DNA from: Candidatus Omnitrophota bacterium
GTDB taxonomy: Bacteria > Omnitrophota > Gorgyraeia > Zapsychrales > Fredricksoniimonadaceae
Assembly: GCA_903944345.1 (NCBI GenBank)
Contig: CAJARJ010000020.1
Span: 18,110-82,109, forward strand
Direction of reading: 5' to 3'
DNA length: 64,000 nt
The position numbers were made by a program, and so were the translations under genes. Under the pieces are notes generated by a model that worked only from the letters and a program-made list of their open reading frames with translations, had not been told where the DNA came from and did not search any database. Positions 37,726 through 45,796 of the stretch are shown here, piece by piece (position 1 is the stretch's first letter; each line of letters opens with the position of its first letter).

Positions 37726-38133
37726 CTATGGCTCCTTGGCCGTATCCGGAACTTGCGGAATAATGACGGACATCTCCTGATCCATTCCCTGTTGTCGATC
37801 AATAAACCATTCGGCCGGGCGCAACATCACAAATGCCCAGTGCCCGCCAACCATTACCTCCCGCTCTCCTCCGGAAACATGCGCGGGCACCCAGACTTTG
37901 ATAACCTTGGGAGGAAGAACAACGGGGACATACGGCTTCACATGCCCTGTATCGACTCCCCAAACCACCGTTTGTGACTCTTTCTCTGCCCCCGAAGACC
38001 GGGCAGCAGCACGATACGTTCCTCCCAAGGTCACAGCGTCTTTCCTGACGACACTCACCGGACCTCGTGCAGACAAAGAGCAGCCGCTAGTCAACAGAAC
38101 GATAAAAATCAACCGAATCCCGAGCCATCCCAT
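37726..38133 (-). CDS. TraV-like outer-membrane lipoprotein
   Basis: 135-aa ORF. MGWLGIRLIFIVLLTSGCS lipobox. Position between TraB and TraC as in the F tra operon. No sequence motif beyond the lipobox. Confidence 0.45.
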   Translation of the reverse strand: MGWLGIRLIFIVLLTSGCSLSARGPVSVVRKDAVTLGGTYRAAARSSGAEKESQTVVWGVDTGHVKPYVPVVLPPKVIKVWVPAHVSGGEREVMVGGHWAFVMLRPAEWFIDRQQGMDQEMSVIIPQVPDTAKEP

Positions 38134-39241
38134 GGATACGAAATCCTTTCTGTACGATCACATACACACGTACTCCCGGTTGAACCATCACTGCCGGAAC
38201 AATCATGTCCAGTTGCTGCTGGTAGTACCGCGACAACTGTGCGGTGCTCTGGGCCATCCCCGAAAAAAGCGCATGTTTGGCCGCATTGCCGGTCAATGTC
38301 CGTGACTCTTTCCCGTCTTGCGTAACGGCAGAGACTTCCCCGTCGGCGACAGCCTGCGAAGCTCCGCCCATAAACCCACTCATAAACGATGCCGCCAGAC
38401 GCCCTGCGGTATTGCGCACAACCACACCTTTAAGCCCCAGCTGCCCCGAACGATCCGTCAAATACCCGAAAACTCCCGACTGTTCAAAACTTGCTCCTGT
38501 CGGAAAAACAGCCGCCAGTTTTTCCGCTTCAATCAAAGCCCGCTCGCTGTTAAGATCGCCCGTCGCCTTGCCCAGAACAAAAGCTCCTTCAAGTGCAATC
38601 GCCGAAGCATTCGGACCGGTAAAGGCTTCATCAAGCCTGATCAGGACGGGCAAAGAATTGTTCCCGTCCGCCGGAGCGTACACTCCGGTCAACAGTGTCC
38701 CCGACACAAAGCTGCCCGCCGGCAGATACACATCCATGGACTCCTGATCGGGTTCCTGCACGGCTACTATGTCAAGCTGCTGGCGTGATTCTGCCCCATT
38801 CTTGTCTGCTGGTTCGCTCCCTTCCCTACGTAACCGTTTGGCAACCGCCTGCAGGCTCAGCACAGCAGTTTTTGTTTTCTTTATCGATTCACGCATCTCC
38901 TCGAACCTGGTGTTAAGTTTTGTAACCTTGCGGGACATTTCGTCATTCTTGCGTGCGACACTGTCATATTGTTTTTCCAGGCGTTCGACATAAGCCTTGC
39001 GATCCACCTCTTCTCCCAGAAACATTCCTCTGCCCGTATCTTTAAGTTGCCCTGTCGAAGAAACAGCCTGTACGACACCATGAGACTCCTGCCCTTTGCC
39101 TCTCTCCTGTTTTGACGAAAAGACAAACATCAGGACAAAAAAAAGAGCCGCTCCCGCCGCAATAATCAGCAGACCGCTCTTCTCACTTCCGGACCCAACC
39201 CTTTCAAACAAACCGCGCAAGCGGGCTAACAAATCTTTCAT
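38087..39241 (-). CDS. traB: F-type T4SS core protein TraB (VirB10 family)
   Basis: 384-aa ORF. N-terminal TM (LLIIAAGAALFFVLMFVF), coiled-coil region, C-terminal beta-rich domain ending ...IVPAVMVQPGVRVYVIVQKGFRI typical of VirB10/TrbI. Confidence 0.65.
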   Translation of the reverse strand: MKDLLARLRGLFERVGSGSEKSGLLIIAAGAALFFVLMFVFSSKQERGKGQESHGVVQAVSSTGQLKDTGRGMFLGEEVDRKAYVERLEKQYDSVARKNDEMSRKVTKLNTRFEEMRESIKKTKTAVLSLQAVAKRLRREGSEPADKNGAESRQQLDIVAVQEPDQESMDVYLPAGSFVSGTLLTGVYAPADGNNSLPVLIRLDEAFTGPNASAIALEGAFVLGKATGDLNSERALIEAEKLAAVFPTGASFEQSGVFGYLTDRSGQLGLKGVVVRNTAGRLAASFMSGFMGGASQAVADGEVSAVTQDGKESRTLTGNAAKHALFSGMAQSTAQLSRYYQQQLDMIVPAVMVQPGVRVYVIVQKGFRIHGMARDSVDFYRSVD

Positions 39242-39957
39242 CGCCTTAACACCAGATACAGGGTTGTAGAATCACTCTTACGTCCGCGTGCCTGCAAGAT
39301 GTCTCGCTCAACCGTGCCAAGCAGCAGTCCCGGCAAACTCAACCTTTGCAGAGGAATCACCAATGCCCGACCAAGCAGATTCTCAGCCCGCACCACCCAT
39401 CCTTTAAGTTGGGCTGTCGTATAACTCCTGATCACAGTCAGACGCATGGTCTTATCCTGCCAGAGCAGCTCCGAATCGCTTGACTCCGTCGCGCCAGAAG
39501 GCTTTTGCCCTAAAACCATGGCCTTGAGCATGCCCAAAGCATGATCTTGCCTGAAGGAAACAGCGGCCGTATCTCTGGAGATATAAATACGTTCCCCCGA
39601 AAAAACCTGTTGCTCAAGAGAAAGCTCCGAGGAGGAAAACCTGATCCTGAAAGAACGACCTCCACGATCAATAATCACCAATTCAGAATTATCACAACGC
39701 CGTGGCGTAACAAAAACCCGGCCGGGCGCATGTTCTACCTCGAGCGCTTCGGAACTTCCTGAACGAACCAGGTGCGACACTCCGCCCTCGACAACTATCT
39801 CGGTCATGTGCCCCGGAGTGCACGCAATCAGGCTGCTTCCCTCTTGCTCAATACGTAGCGGCACCTGCGCCTCGGCCAAAGTACAGACAAAACATAATCC
39901 AAGAACAAAACCCAAGACCCTAAAGCGCATCCTCATCTGCCTCCTTTGACCAGACAT
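39238..39957 (-). CDS. TraK-like secreted protein (VirB9 / secretin-N-like), by size, signal peptide and position
   Basis: 239-aa ORF with signal peptide (RFRVLGFVLGLCFVCTLAEA). ATGA overlap with traB. The start may be 21-27 nt downstream. Confidence 0.5.
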   Translation of the reverse strand: MSGQRRQMRMRFRVLGFVLGLCFVCTLAEAQVPLRIEQEGSSLIACTPGHMTEIVVEGGVSHLVRSGSSEALEVEHAPGRVFVTPRRCDNSELVIIDRGGRSFRIRFSSSELSLEQQVFSGERIYISRDTAAVSFRQDHALGMLKAMVLGQKPSGATESSDSELLWQDKTMRLTVIRSYTTAQLKGWVVRAENLLGRALVIPLQRLSLPGLLLGTVERDILQARGRKSDSTTLYLVLRR

Positions 39958-40507
39958 CCTCTACAACAAGACCATAAATATTCTCTCCAGCCGCCGGGAC
40001 TCGCCGCACAACAACAACATAACGCACATCTTTCATTGCAATTTCTTCCTTGCCCATATAAACCCCGCGCTTGCCGTCGATTTCTACCCGGAATGAGCGC
40101 CCTTCGGAAGCAACCCGTGCGTCATCTGTAAGCGTAAATATCGATGAAAGCCGGTCAGAAAGAATCTTTCCGCGTTCCTCCTGCGAACGGGCGCGGACTT
40201 TGGAAAGCAGCTGTGGTCCCATAAACCGGAAAGCCCGCGAATAAACTCCGTCAATCGTCTCTGGAGTATAATTCATCCAGTCCATTAACCAGGCCGAAGC
40301 GAAAGAAAGAACCGAACTTTCTGGTATCCGGTCGGGATAAGCCAGGCCCGCTTGTGCTGCCCCCGGAATATAATAGATCGGACGGGGCCGAAACGCTGTC
40401 ACCGCCAGCAATACAGCGAATATCACGCTTAAGCTTCCCAAAAGATAAAGAACATAATGCAGTTTTACATTCTCGAATTCCGCTCCGGCATAACGTTCAA
40501 AAAACAT
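39920..40507 (-). CDS. TraE-like bitopic protein (VirB8-like) of F-type T4SS
   Basis: Start at ATG 40507 with AAGGAAGG SD (MFFERYAGAEFENVKLHYVLYLLGSLSVIFAVLLAV). N-terminal TM plus periplasmic domain. Size 195 aa versus F TraE 188 aa. Confidence 0.55.
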   Translation of the reverse strand: MFFERYAGAEFENVKLHYVLYLLGSLSVIFAVLLAVTAFRPRPIYYIPGAAQAGLAYPDRIPESSVLSFASAWLMDWMNYTPETIDGVYSRAFRFMGPQLLSKVRARSQEERGKILSDRLSSIFTLTDDARVASEGRSFRVEIDGKRGVYMGKEEIAMKDVRYVVVVRRVPAAGENIYGLVVEDVWSKEADEDAL

Positions 40508-40793
40508 CCTGGCCTTCCTTGCTATAAATGCTGTAAAAACGCTCGGGCCCCGGCGGCAGCAATCCTCTGAAGCCAACTCCCTGCCGGTACAGCCAATGAA
40601 TCAGATATCCTTCCGGTTTCCCGCGCTTGAACGCGGCCAGACATGGCCAGATGAAAAACAACGCGATCAACGGAACTGCCGGAGAAAACACAATTGCCGG
40701 TACCCCGCACAATAAAAGAATCACAGCGACATCTTCACCCTCAAGGCCCAGAATAAGAAGAGGCCGGTCAATTGTTCTTGGACACGGTTTCAT
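40497..40793 (-). CDS. TraL-like small membrane protein (VirB3-like)
   Basis: 98-aa ORF. ...RTIDRPLLILGLEGEDVAVILLLCGVPAIVF... resembles the TraL/VirB3 N-terminal motif (P..i.GL...E...). Position right after the pilin gene as in F. Confidence 0.55.
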   Translation of the reverse strand: MKPCPRTIDRPLLILGLEGEDVAVILLLCGVPAIVFSPAVPLIALFFIWPCLAAFKRGKPEGYLIHWLYRQGVGFRGLLPPGPERFYSIYSKEGQDVF

Positions 40794-40794
40794 T

Positions 40795-41082
40795 TTATCC
40801 TCCGAATATCCCCAGAAAATTGGGCAGAAATACCAGCGCCAGCAAGGCTAAAACACAACCCACCGCGGCCCCGTACTCCTGATGAATAATTTTCCAGACC
40901 CCAATAAGTAAAAATACCAGCGCCAGAACCTTGGAAGCCGGTCCGGTCATAACCTTGACCATAAAATCCGCCAGACCGTTAAATTCCGTCACCGCCCGTT
41001 CCTGTGATCCCGACTGGGCAAAAGCAACCTGGCTCCACAAACTTAAGATCATCCCCGCCAAAACAGGCAACACCTTCTTCAT
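40795..41082 (-). CDS. conjugative-type propilin (TraA/VirB2-like)
   Basis: 95-aa ORF. Signal peptide MKKVLPVLAGMILSLWSQVAFA, then two hydrophobic helices separated by a short charged loop (KIIHQEYG), which is VirB2/TraA pilin topology. First recognisable tra gene. Confidence 0.6.
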   Translation of the reverse strand: MKKVLPVLAGMILSLWSQVAFAQSGSQERAVTEFNGLADFMVKVMTGPASKVLALVFLLIGVWKIIHQEYGAAVGCVLALLALVFLPNFLGIFGG

Positions 41083-42332
41083 ACGGCTCCTTTAACTGTC
41101 GGTTGAAAAATCATCTTTGCTCTCGTGAAAAATAAAAGCGCGCTCACCAGGACACACCCAAGAATAACGACAATCCCGACAGCCACTCCCACAGCCACTC
41201 CCAGAGATTCACGAAAGCCCTGCAGATCACTCCGCAGCAAAATAACCCGGCTGCAACTATCCAGAACCGTCAGACAAAACGGGCAAAGTTTGAGTACTAA
41301 CAACCCGCGAAAATACCCCAACAGAATATCCAGATTGCCTTTGAGCATAACAGCCAAAAGAAACACAGGAAAAAAGACATACCAACCGGCAAGCATTCCT
41401 CCCAGAACATAGGGCCAGCCACTCAAGACCATACGAGCCGCCGCAAGAAATTTGTCGAAAAGCTCATATGCCGGAATAACCCCGTCCTGACAAAACTTGT
41501 CCTGACAGGTAAAAACACCATATTCCCCCGGTCTGCGCTGCGTTTCCAGAATCAGAAAATCCCTGACCGAAAGCTCTACAACCGGACTTTGCAGACCAAA
41601 CAGCCTGTGAGCCTTCTCTAATAAGTGATTCTTGCCATCAAGATACTTATATAAAGACTCCTGCAATTCCCCCCAGCGACGCCCATCCTGCGCGGAATAT
41701 CGTGCAACCACCCTGGAATCTCCCGGCCATAATCCGGACGGCATAAGGCTGTTATTTTCCGACACAAGTCTTTTCAGAACAGGAAGATATGTTTCCGAAT
41801 AGAATACTTTCACCTGCTCCTTAAGACCGCCATCAGCAATGCCCTGTGAAAAAAGACGCGCCACCAGAACCGAAAGATTGATTGGCAGAAACGGACTCTT
41901 CAGAAAACCCTCTCCGGCAACCTCTTGAACTTCCATAATATTGATGAGATTATTGGAGAACCCATTCAATAGCTGCACTGTCGTCAAGAAAACCGGATTA
42001 ATCGTCAGCCTGCCCAACCCATGTTTTTCCAACAAGCCCGTTGTTGAAACCTCCCTGAAACCTCGTTCTTCCATAACCGACGGATATCCCGCAAGCTCAG
42101 TCGAGGGCAAAACAAATAACATCCATACACTAAAAAAAATCAAACAAAACATCATAAAAGGACGAATACTCCCCGCGCGGACAGATCGCCACAATGCCAG
42201 AATAAACCCCAGACCAAAAAGACTTTTGCCAAACGCACTTTGCAGAAAAAGAAATTCAATAAGAGCGTGTGAGCGATCCAGGCCTATTAATTCAAAAGCA
42301 TTCTCAACGGGCGTTATGGCTGACAACATCAT
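41079..42332 (-). CDS. polytopic inner-membrane protein, first gene of the operon (possible VirB6/TraG-N-like channel component)
   Basis: Start at tandem ATG ATG (42332/42329). The track ORF begins at a TTG four codons upstream. At least 8 predicted TM segments. ATGA overlap with the pilin gene. Confidence 0.4.
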   Translation of the reverse strand: MMLSAITPVENAFELIGLDRSHALIEFLFLQSAFGKSLFGLGFILALWRSVRAGSIRPFMMFCLIFFSVWMLFVLPSTELAGYPSVMEERGFREVSTTGLLEKHGLGRLTINPVFLTTVQLLNGFSNNLINIMEVQEVAGEGFLKSPFLPINLSVLVARLFSQGIADGGLKEQVKVFYSETYLPVLKRLVSENNSLMPSGLWPGDSRVVARYSAQDGRRWGELQESLYKYLDGKNHLLEKAHRLFGLQSPVVELSVRDFLILETQRRPGEYGVFTCQDKFCQDGVIPAYELFDKFLAAARMVLSGWPYVLGGMLAGWYVFFPVFLLAVMLKGNLDILLGYFRGLLVLKLCPFCLTVLDSCSRVILLRSDLQGFRESLGVAVGVAVGIVVILGCVLVSALLFFTRAKMIFQPTVKGAV

Positions 42333-42373
42333 TAGATTGTCCAATGGTCAATTTAGTTGACAATTACTCAACA

Positions 42374-42402
42374 AATATAGCATAAATTGACATCATGTCA
42401 AT
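42374..42402 (-). promoter_or_regulatory. sigma70-like promoter (TTGACA-N16-TATATT) for the T4SS-like operon, -35 overlapped by the perfect palindrome ATTGACATCATGTCAAT
   Basis: Read on the minus strand: TTGACA = complement of 42396-42401, TATATT = complement of 42374-42379. The palindrome attgacat c atgtcaat spans 42386-42402. Located in the 105-bp gap between rfbB and the first operon gene. Confidence 0.5.
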
Positions 42403-42449
42403 GATAATTTTGATTGTTTATCAAATAAAAAGACTTCGGAAGGAGTAAA

Positions 42450-43427
42450 TCAGCTCAAACGATGCTGCAGATGCGCAATCCATTCAGGGTGGGCAAGATA
42501 CCACTCAATCGTATTTTTAATGCCCTGCTCAAAAGGCACCGTTGGCTGCCAGCCCAGTTCCGTGCGAATTCGGGCGGCATCAATGGCATAACGACGATCA
42601 TGCCCCTGGCGGTCTTCTACATAAGAAATAAGACTTTCAGATTTTCCAAGAATATTAAGAATCAGACGGACAATATCAATATTCTTCCATTCATTATTCC
42701 CGCCGATATTATAGACTCGGCCCGGCACCCCCTCATGTAAAACCACGTCGATCGCCGCACAATGATCGCCTACATAAAGCCAATCCCGGACATTAAGTCC
42801 ATCGCCGTAAACCGGCAGAGGCTTGTTCTGCAAGGCATTATTAATCATCAACGGAATCAATTTCTCGGGATATTGATACGGCCCGTAGTTATTGGAACAA
42901 CGGGTTATGATGACCGGGAAACGAAATGTTTCATGATAAGCCCGCGCCAAAAGATCACTGCCGGCCTTGCTGGCCGAATACGGACTATTGGGGGCAAGAG
43001 GAGTTTCTTCGGTAAAATATCCTTGCGGCCCCAAAGACCCGTAAACCTCGTCAGTTGAAACGTGAATAAAACGCTGGATAGAGCAGCCCCGGGCACATTC
43101 CAGAAGAACTTGCGTCCCAAGAACATTCGTGCGAACAAAAACCTCCGGCCCCTCAATGCTGCGATCCACATGAGATTCTGCAGCAAAGTGGATGACCTGG
43201 TCAGCTTGCGACATAACCTGCTGCACGGCCACCCGGTCGGCTATATCGCCCTGAACAAAGGTGTAACGAGGATCGGCAGCCACCGCAACCAGGTTATCGG
43301 GGTTCCCCGCATAAGTCAGCAAGTCAAAATTGATCAACCTGTAGTCCGGATAACGCTCAAGCATGTAGCGAATAAAATTGGAGCCGATAAAACCACATCC
43401 GCCGGTAATAAGCAGTGTCTTTTTCAT
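42450..43427 (-). CDS. rfbB: dTDP-glucose 4,6-dehydratase
   Basis: 325-aa ORF. MKKTLLITGGCGFIGSNF... NAD-binding GxxGxxG, the YxxxK SDR motif, and full-length RfbB-like sequence. Confidence 0.9.
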   Translation of the reverse strand: MKKTLLITGGCGFIGSNFIRYMLERYPDYRLINFDLLTYAGNPDNLVAVAADPRYTFVQGDIADRVAVQQVMSQADQVIHFAAESHVDRSIEGPEVFVRTNVLGTQVLLECARGCSIQRFIHVSTDEVYGSLGPQGYFTEETPLAPNSPYSASKAGSDLLARAYHETFRFPVIITRCSNNYGPYQYPEKLIPLMINNALQNKPLPVYGDGLNVRDWLYVGDHCAAIDVVLHEGVPGRVYNIGGNNEWKNIDIVRLILNILGKSESLISYVEDRQGHDRRYAIDAARIRTELGWQPTVPFEQGIKNTIEWYLAHPEWIAHLQHRLS

Positions 43428-43430
43428 TCT

Positions 43431-44294
43431 CTACCTCAAGTCTGCCGGGCAAACGCGGCTATTTTGAATATCTGCCAGATACCGGTCAATCGCCGCCTGC
43501 CACGACGGCAGGCCACAGCCCAGCACTCCGGACAATTTACGATTGGAAAGCGGAGAAAACAACGGGCGCCTGGCCATAACAGGAAAAGAACTCATTGGCA
43601 CCGGAACGATTTCGACCTGTAAGCGACGTGCCGCCAGATAATATTTCGCCCATTCATAGCGGGAACAACAGCCGGTACTGGCCAAATGATACAACCCGCC
43701 GACCCTTTTGGCCGCGGCCGCGAGAATCGCATCCGCGACATCCCCGGTATAAGTAGGAATGGAGACTTCATCCTCTGATATGCGCAAAGTTTTCTGACGA
43801 GTCGCCCAATCTTCAAGCTTGTAAAGAAAATTCTGCCTGCCCTCGCCAAAAAGCCAGCTCAAGCGAAACACGGCGGCAAAGTCGCCTCCGGCAGCCAGGA
43901 CATCGCACTCGCCTTGATACTTGCTCGCCCCGTACACACCCAGCGGATTAGGACAATCAGCCTCCGTGTAATAATCGCCCTTTGTCCCGTCAAAAACATA
44001 ATCTGTGCTGAAATGAAACAACATCGCCCTCTGCCGGCGGCACATTTCCGCCAGTTGCGCCGGAGCCTGAGCATTCACACAAAAAGCACGCTCGTTTTCC
44101 TGCTCAGCTCGCTCGACATCATTATAAGCCGCACAATTGATCACAAAATCCGGAAAGAACGACTTCAGCAGAGCATTGAGCTTGTCGGTATCAGTCACAT
44201 CCGCTTGTAATCTGCCGGGCGCGGTAAAAGGCAGCCCGTTACGAAGCAAAACCTGTTGAACGGCCTTCCCCAACTGCCCCTGCGCTCCCAACAC
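43431..44294 (-). CDS. rfbD: dTDP-4-dehydrorhamnose reductase
   Basis: (V/L)LGAQGQLGKA... N-terminus and ...HFSTDYVFDGTKG...YGASKYQGE motifs. The track start is a TTG. A GTG 3 nt upstream or a further N-terminal extension is possible. Confidence 0.8.
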   Translation of the reverse strand: MLGAQGQLGKAVQQVLLRNGLPFTAPGRLQADVTDTDKLNALLKSFFPDFVINCAAYNDVERAEQENERAFCVNAQAPAQLAEMCRRQRAMLFHFSTDYVFDGTKGDYYTEADCPNPLGVYGASKYQGECDVLAAGGDFAAVFRLSWLFGEGRQNFLYKLEDWATRQKTLRISEDEVSIPTYTGDVADAILAAAAKRVGGLYHLASTGCCSRYEWAKYYLAARRLQVEIVPVPMSSFPVMARRPLFSPLSNRKLSGVLGCGLPSWQAAIDRYLADIQNSRVCPADLR

Positions 44295-44325
44295 AAGGAA
44301 TCTTGCACCACCTGCAACAGCCCCT

Positions 44326-44916
44326 TTACTCTGCAGTCTGGCCTCCTTCTGTCAAAACAGGAGCATACCTGAAATTATTCTCCGCATCTCTCAAGCGTGG
44401 ATAAAGCGCATCTTTCCCGGACAAAACAGGCAGACGCACCGGCCAATCAATGGCCAGCTCAGGATCATTCCATATAATACCGCGCTCCAGAGCCGGAACG
44501 TAGGGTGCTGTGCAGCAATAAATCACCTCAGCCTCACTGGAAAGGACACAAAAACCGTGAGCAAAACCTTCCGGAACATAAAGCATCCGCCCCTGCCGCG
44601 CGTCCAGGCTGACCGACAACCAGCGCCCATACGACGGAGATCCCTGACGAATATCCACCACAACGTCACATATCTCCCCCTTGACAACCATCACCAGTTT
44701 CCCTTGAGCTGAAGGCAAAAGCTGATAATGCAAGCCGCGCAAAACATCCTGACGGCTCACCGAACGGTTAATCTGGGAGAAATGACCGGGGATCCCTTGT
44801 TCCTGAAAAAGCGCTGATTTAAACAGCTCGCAGAAAGAGCCGCGAGCATCTTCATACATCTGCGGCGCAATGCTTATCACTCCGGGCAAAACCATTGCTT
44901 CAAACTGAAAAGCCAT
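44326..44916 (-). CDS. rfbC: dTDP-4-dehydrorhamnose 3,5-epimerase
   Basis: 196-aa cupin. ...RGLHYQ...KLVMVVKGEICDVVVDIR...LYVPEGFAHGF... is the RmlC signature. Confidence 0.9.
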   Translation of the reverse strand: MAFQFEAMVLPGVISIAPQMYEDARGSFCELFKSALFQEQGIPGHFSQINRSVSRQDVLRGLHYQLLPSAQGKLVMVVKGEICDVVVDIRQGSPSYGRWLSVSLDARQGRMLYVPEGFAHGFCVLSSEAEVIYCCTAPYVPALERGIIWNDPELAIDWPVRLPVLSGKDALYPRLRDAENNFRYAPVLTEGGQTAE

Positions 44917-45788
44917 TAGCGCTCCTCTGCTATATTCCGCAAATAAATCGCATACTCGCTATGAAAGCTGTCAGCCAGAGACAAAAGTTTTTCTTTGTCG
45001 ATAAAACCCTTGCGGAAAGCCACCTCTTCGATACAGCCAATCTTGAGCCCCTGGCGGTCTTCGATGGTTTTAATAAAAACCGAAGCATCCAGAAAAGAGT
45101 CATAAGTCCCCGTATCCAGCCAAGCATACCCTCGCCCCAAAAGATGGACTTTAAGCCGGCCTCGACGTAAATATTCATTATTGATATCCGTTATCTCTAT
45201 CTCGCCGCGTGCAGACGGACGAATCTGCCTGGCAATGCGAACAACATCGGAATCATAAAAATATAAACCGGTGACCGCCCAGTTGGAACGCGGACGCTGC
45301 GGCTTTTCTTCAATGGAAATGACATTGCGCTCGGCATCAAACTCAACAACGCCATACCGGGCGGGATCCTTGACATAATAGCCAAAAACCGTTGCATCCT
45401 GACAAGCCGCCGCGCGGGACAATAAATCGATAAGGCCATGGCCAAAAAAAACATTGTCTCCCAAGATAAGACAGACACGGGAATCCCCGATAAAATCCGC
45501 CCCGACAATAAAAGCATCCGCCAAACCACGCGGCTGTGCTTGCTGAGCATACTCCAGACGGATACCGTAATCTGCACCATTTCCCAACAAGGCTCTGAAT
45601 TGCGGCAGGGCTTCCGGGGTCGAAATAAGCAGAATATCTTTAATCCCCGCCATCATAAGAACCGAAAGTGGGTAATAGACCATCGGCTTGTCATAAAGAG
45701 GCAACAGTTGTTTGCTGACCACTCTGGTTGCCGGATAAAGCCGGGTAGCCTTCCCTCCGGCCAGAATTATTCCTTTTGTCTGTATCAT
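44916..45788 (-). CDS. rfbA: glucose-1-phosphate thymidylyltransferase
   Basis: Start at ATG 45788 with AAGAGGTGG SD (MIQTKGIILAGGKATRLYPATRVVSKQLLP...). Classic RmlA N-terminus. Confidence 0.9.
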   Translation of the reverse strand: MIQTKGIILAGGKATRLYPATRVVSKQLLPLYDKPMVYYPLSVLMMAGIKDILLISTPEALPQFRALLGNGADYGIRLEYAQQAQPRGLADAFIVGADFIGDSRVCLILGDNVFFGHGLIDLLSRAAACQDATVFGYYVKDPARYGVVEFDAERNVISIEEKPQRPRSNWAVTGLYFYDSDVVRIARQIRPSARGEIEITDINNEYLRRGRLKVHLLGRGYAWLDTGTYDSFLDASVFIKTIEDRQGLKIGCIEEVAFRKGFIDKEKLLSLADSFHSEYAIYLRNIAEER

Positions 45789-45796
45789 GCCACCTC

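Noticed and set aside
24993-42402. Integrative conjugative element or plasmid fragment
   Set aside because: No integrase, relaxase, coupling protein, oriT-like nick region or flanking direct repeats in the window. The nearest tRNA (tRNA-Gln, 53299-53369) lies ~11 kb beyond the rfb genes and is not adjacent to the locus. Both flanks are housekeeping genes. The element could still be a degenerate ICE remnant, but the sequence gives no positive evidence.
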